DNA of 64,000 nt from a candidate division FCPU426 bacterium (GTDB lineage Bacteria; Oederibacteriota; Muellerivitia; Muellerivitales; Muellerivitaceae), in NCBI GenBank assembly GCA_963796105.1, contig CAWCKJ010000003.1, positions 160,001 through 224,000 on the forward strand, in the 5' to 3' direction. Made by a program: the position numbers and the translations under genes. Of the stretch, positions 49,687 to 61,300 are shown one piece after another (positions within the stretch are counted from its first letter, which is position 1; each line of letters starts with the position of its first letter). The notes beneath the pieces were generated by a model. It did not search any database, was not told the origin of the DNA, and saw only the letters and a program-made list of their open reading frames with translations.

Positions 49687-50775
49687 TTATTGATTTTTCC
49701 GGATCAGCAAAAGCGGCCCACCGATCGCGAAAATAATATTCATGGTCCACATGGAGTAAAAAGGGGTCAAAAACCCCGAGTAGCCTAATTCCTCCCCGAT
49801 TTGCATACCGCCAAGGTAGAAAAAAGCCACCAAGATGCAAATCCCCAGGCTGAACATGACACCGCTGTATTTTCCCATGCCCCATCCCCAGGGAACCCCC
49901 AGAACCGCCAATATGACGCAACCAAATGGGAAAGCCAATTTTTTATGCAGAATCACCAATTCCTTGTGGCAATCGGACCCGTTTCGCCTGAGTTGCTGGA
50001 TGTAAGTGACCAATTCAGGGAGATTGAGTTCGCCTGCTTCTTTTTGTTCCTTTAAAAAATCCGAGGGCTTTTCCGGAAGATCAAAGGGCCTTCGGTCGAA
50101 GGACTCCGAGGTCACCTCAATATCCGCGTTATTAAAAGCGCGGTAATATCCGTCGTAAAAAACCCATCTTCCTTTCTCATATTTGGCGCTTTTGGCGTCA
50201 ATCCTGGATTTCAATTGAACACCGGATTGGAAATCCAAAACAAGGACATCCTTCATGGTTTGACCCAAACCGTCAAAAGAGCCGATGTGGTAAATTTGGT
50301 TGTTGGCGCCCCTTAATGAAATGTTTTGCCTGGAAGTGTCCAAGGATGCTTCAGGTTGTTTTTCGATTTCCACGACTTTAGCGTGGTGCATCATCCGGGT
50401 GGTTTTAGGAACAACCAGCTCATCGAAAGCGATGCTGATCAAACAGACGATTAATCCGCAGAAAAATAAAGGAACGGCCACCATGAAAATATGAACCCCG
50501 CCCGCCCGCATGGCCAAGAGCTCATTGGTTTTTGCCAGCCCCCCCAACGCGAAAAGCACGGCGAATAGGACCGCCAATGGAATAATCCGTATCAGAAGCT
50601 CTGGAATTTGAAGCGTGAAATATTTAACGGCTAAAAGAATACCCGGTTTATGATCCATAATCAGTTTCATGTCGTTGAAAACCTGGATAATGAGTATGAC
50701 CACCGAAAAAAACATCAAGGCCATGAAAAAAGGCTTTAAAAATTCCCTAAGGATGTAGCGAGTGATGATTTTCAA
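49687..50775 (-). CDS. lptG: LPS export permease LptG
   Basis: RYILREFL, NELLAMRAGG; LptF/G topology; downstream of lptF. Confidence 0.88.
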   Translation of the reverse strand: MKIITRYILREFLKPFFMALMFFSVVILIIQVFNDMKLIMDHKPGILLAVKYFTLQIPELLIRIIPLAVLFAVLFALGGLAKTNELLAMRAGGVHIFMVAVPLFFCGLIVCLISIAFDELVVPKTTRMMHHAKVVEIEKQPEASLDTSRQNISLRGANNQIYHIGSFDGLGQTMKDVLVLDFQSGVQLKSRIDAKSAKYEKGRWVFYDGYYRAFNNADIEVTSESFDRRPFDLPEKPSDFLKEQKEAGELNLPELVTYIQQLRRNGSDCHKELVILHKKLAFPFGCVILAVLGVPWGWGMGKYSGVMFSLGICILVAFFYLGGMQIGEELGYSGFLTPFYSMWTMNIIFAIGGPLLLIRKNQ

Positions 50776-50851
50776 GAGGCGACCTTTTTAATCAAGATTT
50801 TCACGCCGGTTTTATCATTGGCGACGACAAATGCCCCTCGAAACATTGAGG

Positions 50852-52003
50852 TTAGCCAATTCCCGGAATCCGAATTCTGTTTAAATTCCAGCGAAATCTA
50901 AAAGCTGAATGTTCATTTATCACAAGGTAAAAGAGGAGAAAACCCGTCAGGACTATAAACCCATTAGCCCACCAAAGCCCAAAATAGGGGCTGACAGTTC
51001 CTCTTTGGCTTAAGGCTTCACCTAAAAAAAACATGAGATAATAAAGGAAAATCATGACAATTCCCAAAACGAAAGCGATAAAGCCCTTTGAACGAACCCA
51101 GAGCCCGAGAGGTGCGCAAAGCCAAGTGAGCGCCAGGCAGGCGAAGGGAAGCGACCATCTTTTTTGCAATTCAACTTGGACATAATTCCTCCGGGTCGCG
51201 TCGGTGGTACTGGCGATTTCCTGCACAAGCTCTTGAAAATTCATTTCCTCAAAGTCTTTTTTCACGTCAGCGATCCGGGCCAATTGATTTTCCAGCTTGA
51301 GCCGGATGACATATTCGTCGAAATAAAGGCGGTTATACGTGTTGTAATTGGTGTTATTCCACATCATAACCCCATTATGAAGCTGGAAAAAGAGCTGATA
51401 GTTTTTAGCATCGTTGACCAAGTTTCCAGTCTTAGCAATGGTAGTTTGAAGGGGATCCTTGGGGGTGAATCGGTTGAACATTTTCACGTTGGAAAAATTT
51501 CCGTCCGGGTCCTGCTGATCTATGAAAAATTGATAACCCTCGAAAAGATCGATGAAAACCCTTTCCCGGATCGCCACGTTGGCCCGGTTTTGTATGATTT
51601 TAAAGTGGATTTTCTTGAATGTGGTATTGGCCGCCGGAAGGATTTTATCATTGAAAAAGATCATCACTCCGGTCATGAGCAGGCCGAAAAGAAGAACAGG
51701 GCCGATCAAGCGGAATAAATGCACGCCGCTGCTTTTGAACGCCGTGACTTCCATGTCGGAACTCATACGGCCGAAATTCAAGAGAACGGCCATCATTAAT
51801 GACATCGGGACGGTCAAGGAAAGAACAAAGGGAATCAAACTAACGTAAAGAAGAAGAATATCGCCGAGAGGGACTTTTTTATTCACGAACAAGTCCAAAA
51901 GTAAAAAAACCTTATTCGTCATGAAAATGAAGGTCAGGATGAAAACGCTTAAGGCAAATGGGGGTAATGTTTCCTTTAAAACATAGCGGTAAACCGTTTT
52001 CAA
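50852..52003 (-). CDS. lptF: LPS export permease LptF
   Basis: RYVLKE, FGRMSSDMEVTAFKSSG, ELQKRWSLPFAC. Confidence 0.88.
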   Translation of the reverse strand: MKTVYRYVLKETLPPFALSVFILTFIFMTNKVFLLLDLFVNKKVPLGDILLLYVSLIPFVLSLTVPMSLMMAVLLNFGRMSSDMEVTAFKSSGVHLFRLIGPVLLFGLLMTGVMIFFNDKILPAANTTFKKIHFKIIQNRANVAIRERVFIDLFEGYQFFIDQQDPDGNFSNVKMFNRFTPKDPLQTTIAKTGNLVNDAKNYQLFFQLHNGVMMWNNTNYNTYNRLYFDEYVIRLKLENQLARIADVKKDFEEMNFQELVQEIASTTDATRRNYVQVELQKRWSLPFACLALTWLCAPLGLWVRSKGFIAFVLGIVMIFLYYLMFFLGEALSQRGTVSPYFGLWWANGFIVLTGFLLFYLVINEHSAFRFRWNLNRIRIPGIG

Positions 52004-52288
52004 TTCTGAACCTTTAATTTTTTTAAAGTATAACCAGGTTTTCTGGTTTTGTAACCCGTTGGATAGGGCTCGGGAGTCAAAATAAAACTATACCTATTCT
52101 TTTTTTTACCTGTCTAGAGAAATAACCTCATCCAGGGGAAAGATTTGTACCGCAATATTCATAGTTAGAGATCATTTTTTAATCAATGTTTCTCCCATTG
52201 GGCTCTGGTAAACGACAGTTGAGTCTTTGGAAACGGCTCTTTAGACTTTGAATTAATGGCTTGAAATTGAAGAAGTTAAAATAGTTTT

Positions 52289-55200
52289 ATGGGGAATTTC
52301 CTGAATATTTTGGTAACGATTCTAAGCGAGATGGGTAAAACAATGTCCTTTTTCACTGAATCTCGCCATGTTTCCCTGACACCAGGGAATAAAATCATTG
52401 GTTTTGACCGAAAGGGAAAGCGAAAATATTTCAAAACAATAAACATTGAATATTTAGTCCCAATGTCACTTTTAATGGGTATTTCAATAATGCTTTTCAA
52501 CCCCAAGCCGGGTTGGAGCCAAGCGGCCACCAACCCGGTCCCGACCGTTTCAACGACTTCAAATGGAACTCCGGCGTCTTCGGCTTTAGCCCCGCTGACC
52601 CCTGATCAGGAAATTCAAATATTAGAAGCGATCGACGCGCAGTCAAACAGCACATCAGCTATTTCGGCCAGTTCCGAAAATCCATTACCCGCCGTTTCGT
52701 CCACTAAACCGCAACAGGCGCAACCCATCGGGGCTAAAACCCCTGAAATGAACGGGAATACCACCACACCCACCGCCGTGGTGACTGGGCCTCCCCCCAT
52801 TCCCACGGGATTAAATGACCTCATCCTGAAAGAAGGGGTCTATCTTTCCTGGAACTCGGCTCCGCCCGGGTCTCCCATCGTAGGTTACAACGTTTATAGG
52901 TCGAACCAGCCTGGGACCGGCTACCAGATGGTCAACTTGAAACCCCTCAACGTGGCATTTTTCCTTGATGGCCCTCCCAATAGCCTGAACCCTCCTAAAA
53001 ATGGCGAAACCTATTTTTACGTGGTCGCATCCATTGATGCCCAGGGAAACGTGAGCCCCTATTCGGAGGAAATATCGGCACAGCCCCAGGGAATGCAATA
53101 CGCGGCCGCCACGGAGGAAGCCACCCCGGTTCCAACACATCAAAAAGAAGAAGAAAAAACATTAAACATCCCTGAAAGCAAGCTTATCAACCTTCAATTG
53201 CCGGCGGACACACAGCTCTCCATCCAGGGCTATAAGAAAATAGAGGTCCAGCTTGGTTTTCAAACCTTTAACCGTCCCCAGACTATCAATGGACTTAGCA
53301 ACTCCCAAAACACACAGCTAGTCAACCAGGAGTTGGTGGTCAATCTTGATGGCAAGGTCGGGAAAAATGTGGATATACACGTGGACTACAGCGACGTCAA
53401 CCGCGCGGGAGGCGTGGATCAGAGCAAACAGGAAATCTCCATCGCCTACCATGGTGACGAAAATAGCCCGGTGCAAGAAGTTGATTTCGGTGATCTTCAG
53501 CTTCTGCTTCCCAACACTGAATTCGCTGGATTCAGCAAACAGCTTTTCGGCCTTCAGGCCAAGCTGAAGTTTGATAATTTCAAAATGACGACTTTTTTCG
53601 CCCAAACGAAGGGAATTTCCGAGACGAAGGTGTTTACCGGAAATTCTTCACAAGTCGATAAAACATATAACGATATCGATTACATAAGACAAAAATATTA
53701 TCTTCTGACTAAAAAACCTTATCCCAACGGCTCTACCACCATCAACGTTGCCGATTTACCAAAGCCAAATTCCGAACAAATTTGGGTTAATCCTAGCAAT
53801 GGTTCCACTGCATTTCCATCCGGCCCCAATTACATCGGCTATTTTCAACATTGGCTCCCGGGAAGGGACTATACGGTGGACTATACAACCGGAGTTATTA
53901 CATTTATCACGGGGCTGTCTAGTACAGCGCAGATTGCAATAGGTTATAACGATCAAACCGGTCAAAAATATGGATTAAACGATATCAACAATATCGCTAA
54001 TATCTTATCTCAACCGTCTTCCTTATTGATGAACCCCAATGGTCTCATTGACGATACCCATGTTCTAATAAAAAACAATGACAATACCAGCAGTCCCTTT
54101 TACATGGTGGATTATTATGATTTGGGCCACGACAAGATTATTCCGCCAAACCAAGACCCAAATTTCTTGTTGGAGATCATTGACCAAGGGACCAACAACG
54201 TCCTTCAAGAAATGTCAAATGGGCCTATCAGTTATTATGTCAATCAGGATTTAAATCTCTTATCTGTCTATAACGCTAACAACGATTCAGTCTCCTATAC
54301 AACAACATCGAATGGCACGGCAGTTACAGTCCAGGGAAATTTCGAGGAAAGGGCTTTTGTTGATTCATCCGATCCGGCCCTGGGAACCAGTATCAATGGG
54401 ATTTATAATGAAAACACGGTTCCTACCAGCTTAAAGCGTATTCATATTCGTTATAAAACCCAATTAAACTTTTATTCATTGAACCGGTTTAACATTATCA
54501 AGGGAAGCGAGGCGGTATATCTGGATGGCAGGCGATTGCGCCGGGATGTGGATTACACCATTGATTACACCTCGGGTTTTTTGGACTTTGTCGATAAAAG
54601 CATTTTACGGACTGACAGCCAGGTGGTGGTGACCTATGAGTACTCACCTTTTGGATCTTTCGCGCAGGAAAACATCTTGGGGGCAAGGGCTGAATACGAT
54701 CTCACGGACCATTTTTTTGTGGGATCAACATTTCTTTACAGCTCCACGCAAACTCCAATCGACCAGCCCCAGATTGGTTCAACTCCCAACTCTCTCACGC
54801 TCCTAGACGCTGACGCAAAATATGATTTAGGGTCGGAGGACGTTCAATCTCTAACTGGTCTAATTCCGGGTTTGGCTGATTGGAAACCCCCTGTCGCCGT
54901 GAAACTTTCCGGGGAAGTGGCTGAAAGCTTTTTCGACCCCAATAGCTACAATGCCGAAGGAGAAACGGGTGTGGCCATGCTTGACAGCATGGAGGGAATC
55001 GACAACGTGATCGGCCCGAACTTGAACGCCACCAATTGGATCGCTTCTTCTCCCCCTCTAGCAGTTCCGGCCTATTTGCCCATTACCGTTTGCGATGGAA
55101 GTTGTACTGTTTCTACTAATAACCGGATTCGTTTTATGAACCAAGACGATACCCAGTACTTACAAACTCTTCCCGCAACCGTTACAGGCATTAATGGGGC

Positions 55201-58200
55201 TGGTGGACATCTTTATCAACAGACGGGAAACGCGACCGATGAGGTATCGGTTTTAATGATTCCTTACGCGAACCTTAATAACCAAAAATGGGGTGGGATT
55301 CGGCAAATTCTCTCGACCTCAGGTGAAGACCTTTCTACTACCACCTTCCTTCAAGCCTGGATCTACAACGATAATCCCGCCAATGACAAATGGGTTATGG
55401 TTGATTTTGGGATAATGGATGAAGCTGTGGCTGGCCTGAGTTCGGGAGCTACAATTGAAAATGAATGGGTCTCCAACGGTGGAACGCCGGTTTGGGACGA
55501 TTATGGGATTCCAGCTTATTATTCAAATATTGTGGGAGCCCTAGGAGTCACATTACCGGCTATAGGAGGCCCGAATAGCTCTTCGAATTATATATCCAAT
55601 GAGAACAACACCTCCACTCAAGAGGGCGCTAGAAATCTGATAAATGATACTGAAGACGTCAATGCAAACGGCAATTTGGATGGAAATGACCAATATTTTG
55701 AGTATGGTATCCGCGCCAATTGGAGCGGCTGGAAATTGGTTAAAATTCCAGTGAATTTTTCCGCGGTGCCTGGCCAGAATACAACCGACGAGGGTGTCGA
55801 TTATTTTTACAACGTTGTTGGGGCAGCCAGTTCCGCTTTGATCCGGGAAATCAGGCTATGGGTGACGGGGGCAAGTCCCGCACCCATTTCGGGCTATTTC
55901 CTTGTGGATAGTATCGGTTTTACCCACAACTTATGGCAGGATCAGGTGGATCCCAATGCCAACTTGACCCAAGGCGTGACCGTCAACACTTCCAAATTTG
56001 ACGCAACTTCCATCAGCCAAATCCAGGATTCAGCTTACCAACCGACTCAGAGGTTTATAGTCCTACAGGAAGGCCAAAACCAGAATACGGTGCTGGAGAA
56101 CGAAAAATCCCTCCGGATCACCTATAACCTCTCAACGGCGGATATGTACGTCACCAACATTCCTGGACCTGTATCAGAAGTTTCAGAACCCGATTATTAT
56201 TGCACTCGTTCCTTTGGACAAGGTCTTGATCTGACCGACTACCAGAACCTGGCCTTTGACCTGAATGTGAGGACGGCGGTTGATCCGGGGGAAATTCTTT
56301 TTATCCGTTTGGCCAATGATCAACTTGATTATTACCAATACAACGTGCCCCTTGTTTCGGGAGGGGGATGGCAAACCATTTCCCTACTGATTGACGGTTC
56401 ACAAGGCAACCGCCAGACAGTGGGGACTCCATTTATTAACCGAACAGCCCAGATCTCAATCGGCATTATCTCGCCCAACCCTGTCCCGGGGGGTACCAAG
56501 GAACTTTGGATCGATAATTTACGGACGAACAATCCTAACCAAAGATCTGGCCTGGCCAGGAGAGCCAACGCCGCTGTGATCCTTGGCAATAATTTCGCGA
56601 CTTTGAACGGGCGTTATCGGGAAGTGGATTCCGGCTTTACCGAGATGGATCAAACCTCCACTCATTTCCAACATTCAAAGCAATTGGGGGCGGATTATTC
56701 CTCCAGCGGGATCAAGCTTTTCGGACAGCCCCTGGCAACCCAGGCTTCCTACACCGTCCAAGATCTTACAACCGAGCAGGATTTGCTTCAAAACCCCTAT
56801 TACAGTCCCTTGCCCAATACCCACACGGAAAATGCGACTGGGAGCATTAGCTACACCAAGGATCTTGGCACTTCCTACGGAAAAATAACAAACTTAAGAC
56901 TTTCAGGCAGTTCCAACTACGAAGATGACGAGTATCAACCAGCTTACTTGACCCAACCCGGAATACAGGGCGACACGACCAAAACCGATCAAACATATAC
57001 ATTGGCTTCCACCTATGACGCGCCGCTTAAGTTATTCAATCTTCCAATTGGTACCAATCAATTGAACGGCACTTATACGCTTACCCATGACACCCAGGAT
57101 TTCGGATTTAACACTTTCGCGCCTTATGACCGCACTACAAAAACCCAAACTTACGGATGGATCAACACAACTGAAATCCTCAAGAATCTCGTGTTTACTC
57201 CCGGTTATACATTTTCCGAAACTGACGCGAAAGGTAACACTAATTCACCAGGTATCGCGGGTGGAGTGGGTGATTACACGACATTCCAGGATAGGTACCA
57301 ACCGAAGGGTGGGCTTGTTTTCCGTGGGATTCCAGGCATGATTCCCTCGATCGATTATTCCGGGAGCAACCAATACGACTATGAATCCTTTCCTGATGGC
57401 CCACGTTTCAACAACGCGAACAATTTCAATAGTTCCCTGAACCTGACTCCTGGTTCCTGGCTGACGTTGTTTCAAAAAGCGAATCTCACGGTCTTTGCCG
57501 GATTGACGGAAAGCGCCACTTCCTCAGTGCCGGATTTCACCCTCATTCCACCGCTCACCTTCAGCCAAAAATGGCTCATTAATCCGCCTTTTGGAGTCGC
57601 CCTGAACGCCACAGAGTCAACCTCCAAACAGTTGAACATGAGCTTTAAAATTTTCGATTTTTGGGACGTTAAACCAACCGGTTCCTGGACGAATCAACTG
57701 AGCCTTTTATCCAAGGGATCCAATGCAGTTTCGCAGGAGGGAAGAACGATGGGGGGAACCACCGTTTATAATCATCCGATCCTTTCGTTACCCCTGATCA
57801 AATTCAACCTTACTTCCGCGCAATTCCAGTTCACTCACACCGACAATACTCAATACGACAGCAGTGGTTCCGGGATACCCGCCAACCAAACTTATAGCGA
57901 TCTCTATTCTGTTACGCTGCCTTACGAAATTAACAAAAAAGCCCAAGGCAACTTTCATTACCAACTCACAAAGGGTTTTCAAAATGTCAGCGATTTAATA
58001 ACCAATCAGTACGACTCCCTGTTTTCGCTGGAATATGACCAGAAATTTCTGGAGAATCAATATCTCCACATACCCTTTACCAATTGGAAGATCAAATTTA
58101 CCCAGGCCTTGGAATTTCGAGCAACTTTCACCCGCGAATGGGTCGATAACGAGTCTTTATATGTCACGAATGTACTCAAAACCGAGCGCTATCGGGGACA

Positions 58201-58342
58201 GATCGATCTTAATTACAATGCTTTGAAGAATTTGCGTGTCGGTCTTACCTTGGCTTATGAAAATTTTAACAATATCGAGCCAAACCCCAATCTGGGCTAC
58301 AATTTAATCCAAGTAAATCTTTCAGCCGAGGCGAGATTTTGA
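52289..58342 (+). CDS. SprA/Sov-like giant outer-membrane beta-barrel with an N-terminal FN3 domain (true start may be downstream)
   Basis: NQELVVNLDGKVG..VDY, EVDFGD..L..QLFGLQ, GSEAVYLDG..L.RDVDYTIDYTSG, DTEDVNANGNLD; C-terminal Phe. Confidence 0.75.
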   Translation: MGNFLNILVTILSEMGKTMSFFTESRHVSLTPGNKIIGFDRKGKRKYFKTINIEYLVPMSLLMGISIMLFNPKPGWSQAATNPVPTVSTTSNGTPASSALAPLTPDQEIQILEAIDAQSNSTSAISASSENPLPAVSSTKPQQAQPIGAKTPEMNGNTTTPTAVVTGPPPIPTGLNDLILKEGVYLSWNSAPPGSPIVGYNVYRSNQPGTGYQMVNLKPLNVAFFLDGPPNSLNPPKNGETYFYVVASIDAQGNVSPYSEEISAQPQGMQYAAATEEATPVPTHQKEEEKTLNIPESKLINLQLPADTQLSIQGYKKIEVQLGFQTFNRPQTINGLSNSQNTQLVNQELVVNLDGKVGKNVDIHVDYSDVNRAGGVDQSKQEISIAYHGDENSPVQEVDFGDLQLLLPNTEFAGFSKQLFGLQAKLKFDNFKMTTFFAQTKGISETKVFTGNSSQVDKTYNDIDYIRQKYYLLTKKPYPNGSTTINVADLPKPNSEQIWVNPSNGSTAFPSGPNYIGYFQHWLPGRDYTVDYTTGVITFITGLSSTAQIAIGYNDQTGQKYGLNDINNIANILSQPSSLLMNPNGLIDDTHVLIKNNDNTSSPFYMVDYYDLGHDKIIPPNQDPNFLLEIIDQGTNNVLQEMSNGPISYYVNQDLNLLSVYNANNDSVSYTTTSNGTAVTVQGNFEERAFVDSSDPALGTSINGIYNENTVPTSLKRIHIRYKTQLNFYSLNRFNIIKGSEAVYLDGRRLRRDVDYTIDYTSGFLDFVDKSILRTDSQVVVTYEYSPFGSFAQENILGARAEYDLTDHFFVGSTFLYSSTQTPIDQPQIGSTPNSLTLLDADAKYDLGSEDVQSLTGLIPGLADWKPPVAVKLSGEVAESFFDPNSYNAEGETGVAMLDSMEGIDNVIGPNLNATNWIASSPPLAVPAYLPITVCDGSCTVSTNNRIRFMNQDDTQYLQTLPATVTGINGAGGHLYQQTGNATDEVSVLMIPYANLNNQKWGGIRQILSTSGEDLSTTTFLQAWIYNDNPANDKWVMVDFGIMDEAVAGLSSGATIENEWVSNGGTPVWDDYGIPAYYSNIVGALGVTLPAIGGPNSSSNYISNENNTSTQEGARNLINDTEDVNANGNLDGNDQYFEYGIRANWSGWKLVKIPVNFSAVPGQNTTDEGVDYFYNVVGAASSALIREIRLWVTGASPAPISGYFLVDSIGFTHNLWQDQVDPNANLTQGVTVNTSKFDATSISQIQDSAYQPTQRFIVLQEGQNQNTVLENEKSLRITYNLSTADMYVTNIPGPVSEVSEPDYYCTRSFGQGLDLTDYQNLAFDLNVRTAVDPGEILFIRLANDQLDYYQYNVPLVSGGGWQTISLLIDGSQGNRQTVGTPFINRTAQISIGIISPNPVPGGTKELWIDNLRTNNPNQRSGLARRANAAVILGNNFATLNGRYREVDSGFTEMDQTSTHFQHSKQLGADYSSSGIKLFGQPLATQASYTVQDLTTEQDLLQNPYYSPLPNTHTENATGSISYTKDLGTSYGKITNLRLSGSSNYEDDEYQPAYLTQPGIQGDTTKTDQTYTLASTYDAPLKLFNLPIGTNQLNGTYTLTHDTQDFGFNTFAPYDRTTKTQTYGWINTTEILKNLVFTPGYTFSETDAKGNTNSPGIAGGVGDYTTFQDRYQPKGGLVFRGIPGMIPSIDYSGSNQYDYESFPDGPRFNNANNFNSSLNLTPGSWLTLFQKANLTVFAGLTESATSSVPDFTLIPPLTFSQKWLINPPFGVALNATESTSKQLNMSFKIFDFWDVKPTGSWTNQLSLLSKGSNAVSQEGRTMGGTTVYNHPILSLPLIKFNLTSAQFQFTHTDNTQYDSSGSGIPANQTYSDLYSVTLPYEINKKAQGNFHYQLTKGFQNVSDLITNQYDSLFSLEYDQKFLENQYLHIPFTNWKIKFTQALEFRATFTREWVDNESLYVTNVLKTERYRGQIDLNYNALKNLRVGLTLAYENFNNIEPNPNLGYNLIQVNLSAEARF

Positions 58343-58355
58343 AAATGGATATTTT

Positions 58356-61300
58356 ATGAAAACGCTGATAAATCCAAAACTCGGAATTTTCTTTTGCGCA
58401 ATGAACTTTTATTATTATTTGTGTGCCGCCTTTTTTATTTTGGGTTCCTTACGCGGAAGTTTATACGCGCAACTTCCACCTCCTGGGGGTTTAACAGGTA
58501 ATGTGGCTAATGGGGCCGTTACATTGCAATGGTTACCCATTCCGAGTGCATCACCTACTGCCTATTTTATTTACCGGTCATTGGTTGAAAATACAGCTAC
58601 TATGACTGACACTCCGCCTTCTACCCCAAGTTCCCCGGAGTCGCCCATTGATACCTTTACCATCACCCCGACCCCGTCACCAATTACTTCTGTATTGGCG
58701 GGAACGTCAAGTTACATCGATTATCAAGTTACAAATGGACGCACTTATCTTTATCAAGTAAATGCGATAGATATCTCCGGGTTAGGTTTTCCCGCTTCGG
58801 TTTTAGTAATACCTTACGGTCCTGCGGAAGCAATCACGCAATTAACCATTCAAAATAACCAACATTCCGGCGCGTTGGATTTGTACTGGGGTATTCCTTC
58901 GTCGACATATCCTGTTTCCATTTACCAAATATTTAGATATGACGTAACGACTACACCGATATTCACTCCCACTCTCACGAACACACCGTCAAATACCCCC
59001 ATGGCCATTATGCCGCCCCCTCAGCTCACCCCATGGAATACCCCCACAAATTCTTACACCCCAACGAAAACGTCTACATTTACAGTCACTGACACCCCAA
59101 CATATACTCCGACTGGGACTAGGTCGCCGACCAGCACCCCCACCAATCTTTTTCCCGCTTCCGCCGTTTTGACTTTAAATCCCAATCCGATCGCAATTAC
59201 TTCCGACAATACTTATTCCGATATACCGGTTCCATCTTCGGAAAATTATTTTTATGTGGTTCAGGCGGTGGACTCCCAGGGAAATCCCGGCCTTTTGCCA
59301 ACCTATGCGGCTGGCCCTGCAGGCGTCAAATACAACCTACCACCAGACCCTCCCGTTTTAATGGGATTTGTTCCGGTTACCCCGACTCCAACTTATGGGG
59401 TACAACTTTATTGGAACGGGCCATTGGCTTCCGAAGGAGTGACTGTTTATACTTTAATTTCAAACGAAACACCAATCGCCACATTTACAACACCCTCGCC
59501 AACCATGGGCTATCTTGATTTTAAGATTACCGAATCAAACAATTCAGGCAATCCTACGACCTATCAAGTTGTGGCATCCAGCGCAGTTACTTCAAGCAAT
59601 TCTAATCCCATACAATTAAGTATTAGTAAATCTTCTTTATCCGGCCAACCAACGGTTATTCCAGTCGTCACAGCAAATGCCGTCAGTTTATCCTGGTCTG
59701 ACGGCGTAACAGGCACCTATGGTTTAGCTGGTTATTGGATATTCAAGGCTTTAAATGGATATCCGGGTACGACTGGGTTATCGCCCACTCCGACACCCAT
59801 CGCAACTGTTCTTGAAACTGCTACTCCGAACCTGGTTTATTCTTGGGTGGACGCACCGACACCCGTTAATCATATGGGTTATTGGGTACAACCTTTTGAT
59901 AATGCTCTCACGGGCGGAATTATTGGTACCCCGACTATCCTCAATTTGGCACCCACCCCTGTTTCAACTGTAAGCGCTGTAAACGTCGTGGGAGGGAATA
60001 ATCAAGTGAATGTGAGTTGGTCCGGAAATGCCGGTCCTGGTTTTTTTGGAACGCCTGCAAATTACGTAATATACAGATTCTATTCAACTCCTACTCAAAC
60101 CCCAACTCTCACGAGTATCGCTACGGTGGGATATACACAAAATAACTTTAACGACTTCATTCTTGTTGTTACCGCTAATCCACAAGTGGAATACCAAGTG
60201 GGTGTAGTAGATGCCTTTGGAAACACTTCGGATTTGACGGCAATCTCGAACCCTGTGACTACTTCCAATCTTGGCCTGCCATTACAACCAACCGTTTTGC
60301 CCTTGGCCGGGGCCACCAATTCTTTACTTTACTCCTGGATTCAAAACCCTCAGTCGGACCAGGTTGATAGTTATTATTTGTTTGGGCAGGATTGGCCCAC
60401 TCTGACTGCTACTACTACCCCTACCCCAGTGGTAAATTTAGTCCCATCCCCAACTATGTCCTATTCAAACCCCGGGAGTTCCTGGAGTTCATCGATTTTT
60501 TATCTTTTAGCTCATAATTCCGTGGGTTACAGCAAACCAGCGACCTTGTCCGGCATTCCAGTGCCTCCTTACCAAGTAACTGCGATACCCACTTCTAGCC
60601 AGCAAGTACTGGTTACATGGAACTTAATACCTACACCAAACGCCAAAACAGCTGTGGATGGATTTAATATTTACCGTTCCAACATTTCAGGCGCTGAATT
60701 TGTTTCGATAGGGAATGCCTCTCCTGCTCAAACCAATTTCATTGACCCAAATGCCCAACCTGGAAAAAATTATTTTTACCGGGTCACCGCAAAGGGCCAT
60801 GATGTGATTGGGGATGAATTATCCGAAAGCCCGCTTTATCCCACACCAGTCGCGGAAGCGGGTTTTTACAGCTGGCCCAGCACGCCGATGGGTTTGAGCG
60901 CCCAAGGGGGGATCAACCAGACAACCCTTTACTGGTCATACAATCCCACGGACGAATTCGTGACGGATTATTTAATATATAAGAACGGTAACCTGACGCC
61001 TGTTTTAACGGTCATGGCAACTTTATCACCCACCAACACCCTTGCGCCAGCCTCTCCGTCCCCCACTGCCACGATTACCCCGACACCTAATTTAACCCCG
61101 CTCCAGACGCAAACCGCGACCATTACTCCAAGCCCGACTCCAACCGGATATTACGTCACCCTACCAGACAATGCGGCCCAGGAATCTTCTTATCAAATAG
61201 TCGCTCAAAATATTCAGGGATTCAGCACTCCGTCAAACACAGTCTCTATTTTATGCGATCCAATCATCAATCCAACCGCGGGGTTAACCCCTCCGCAAGG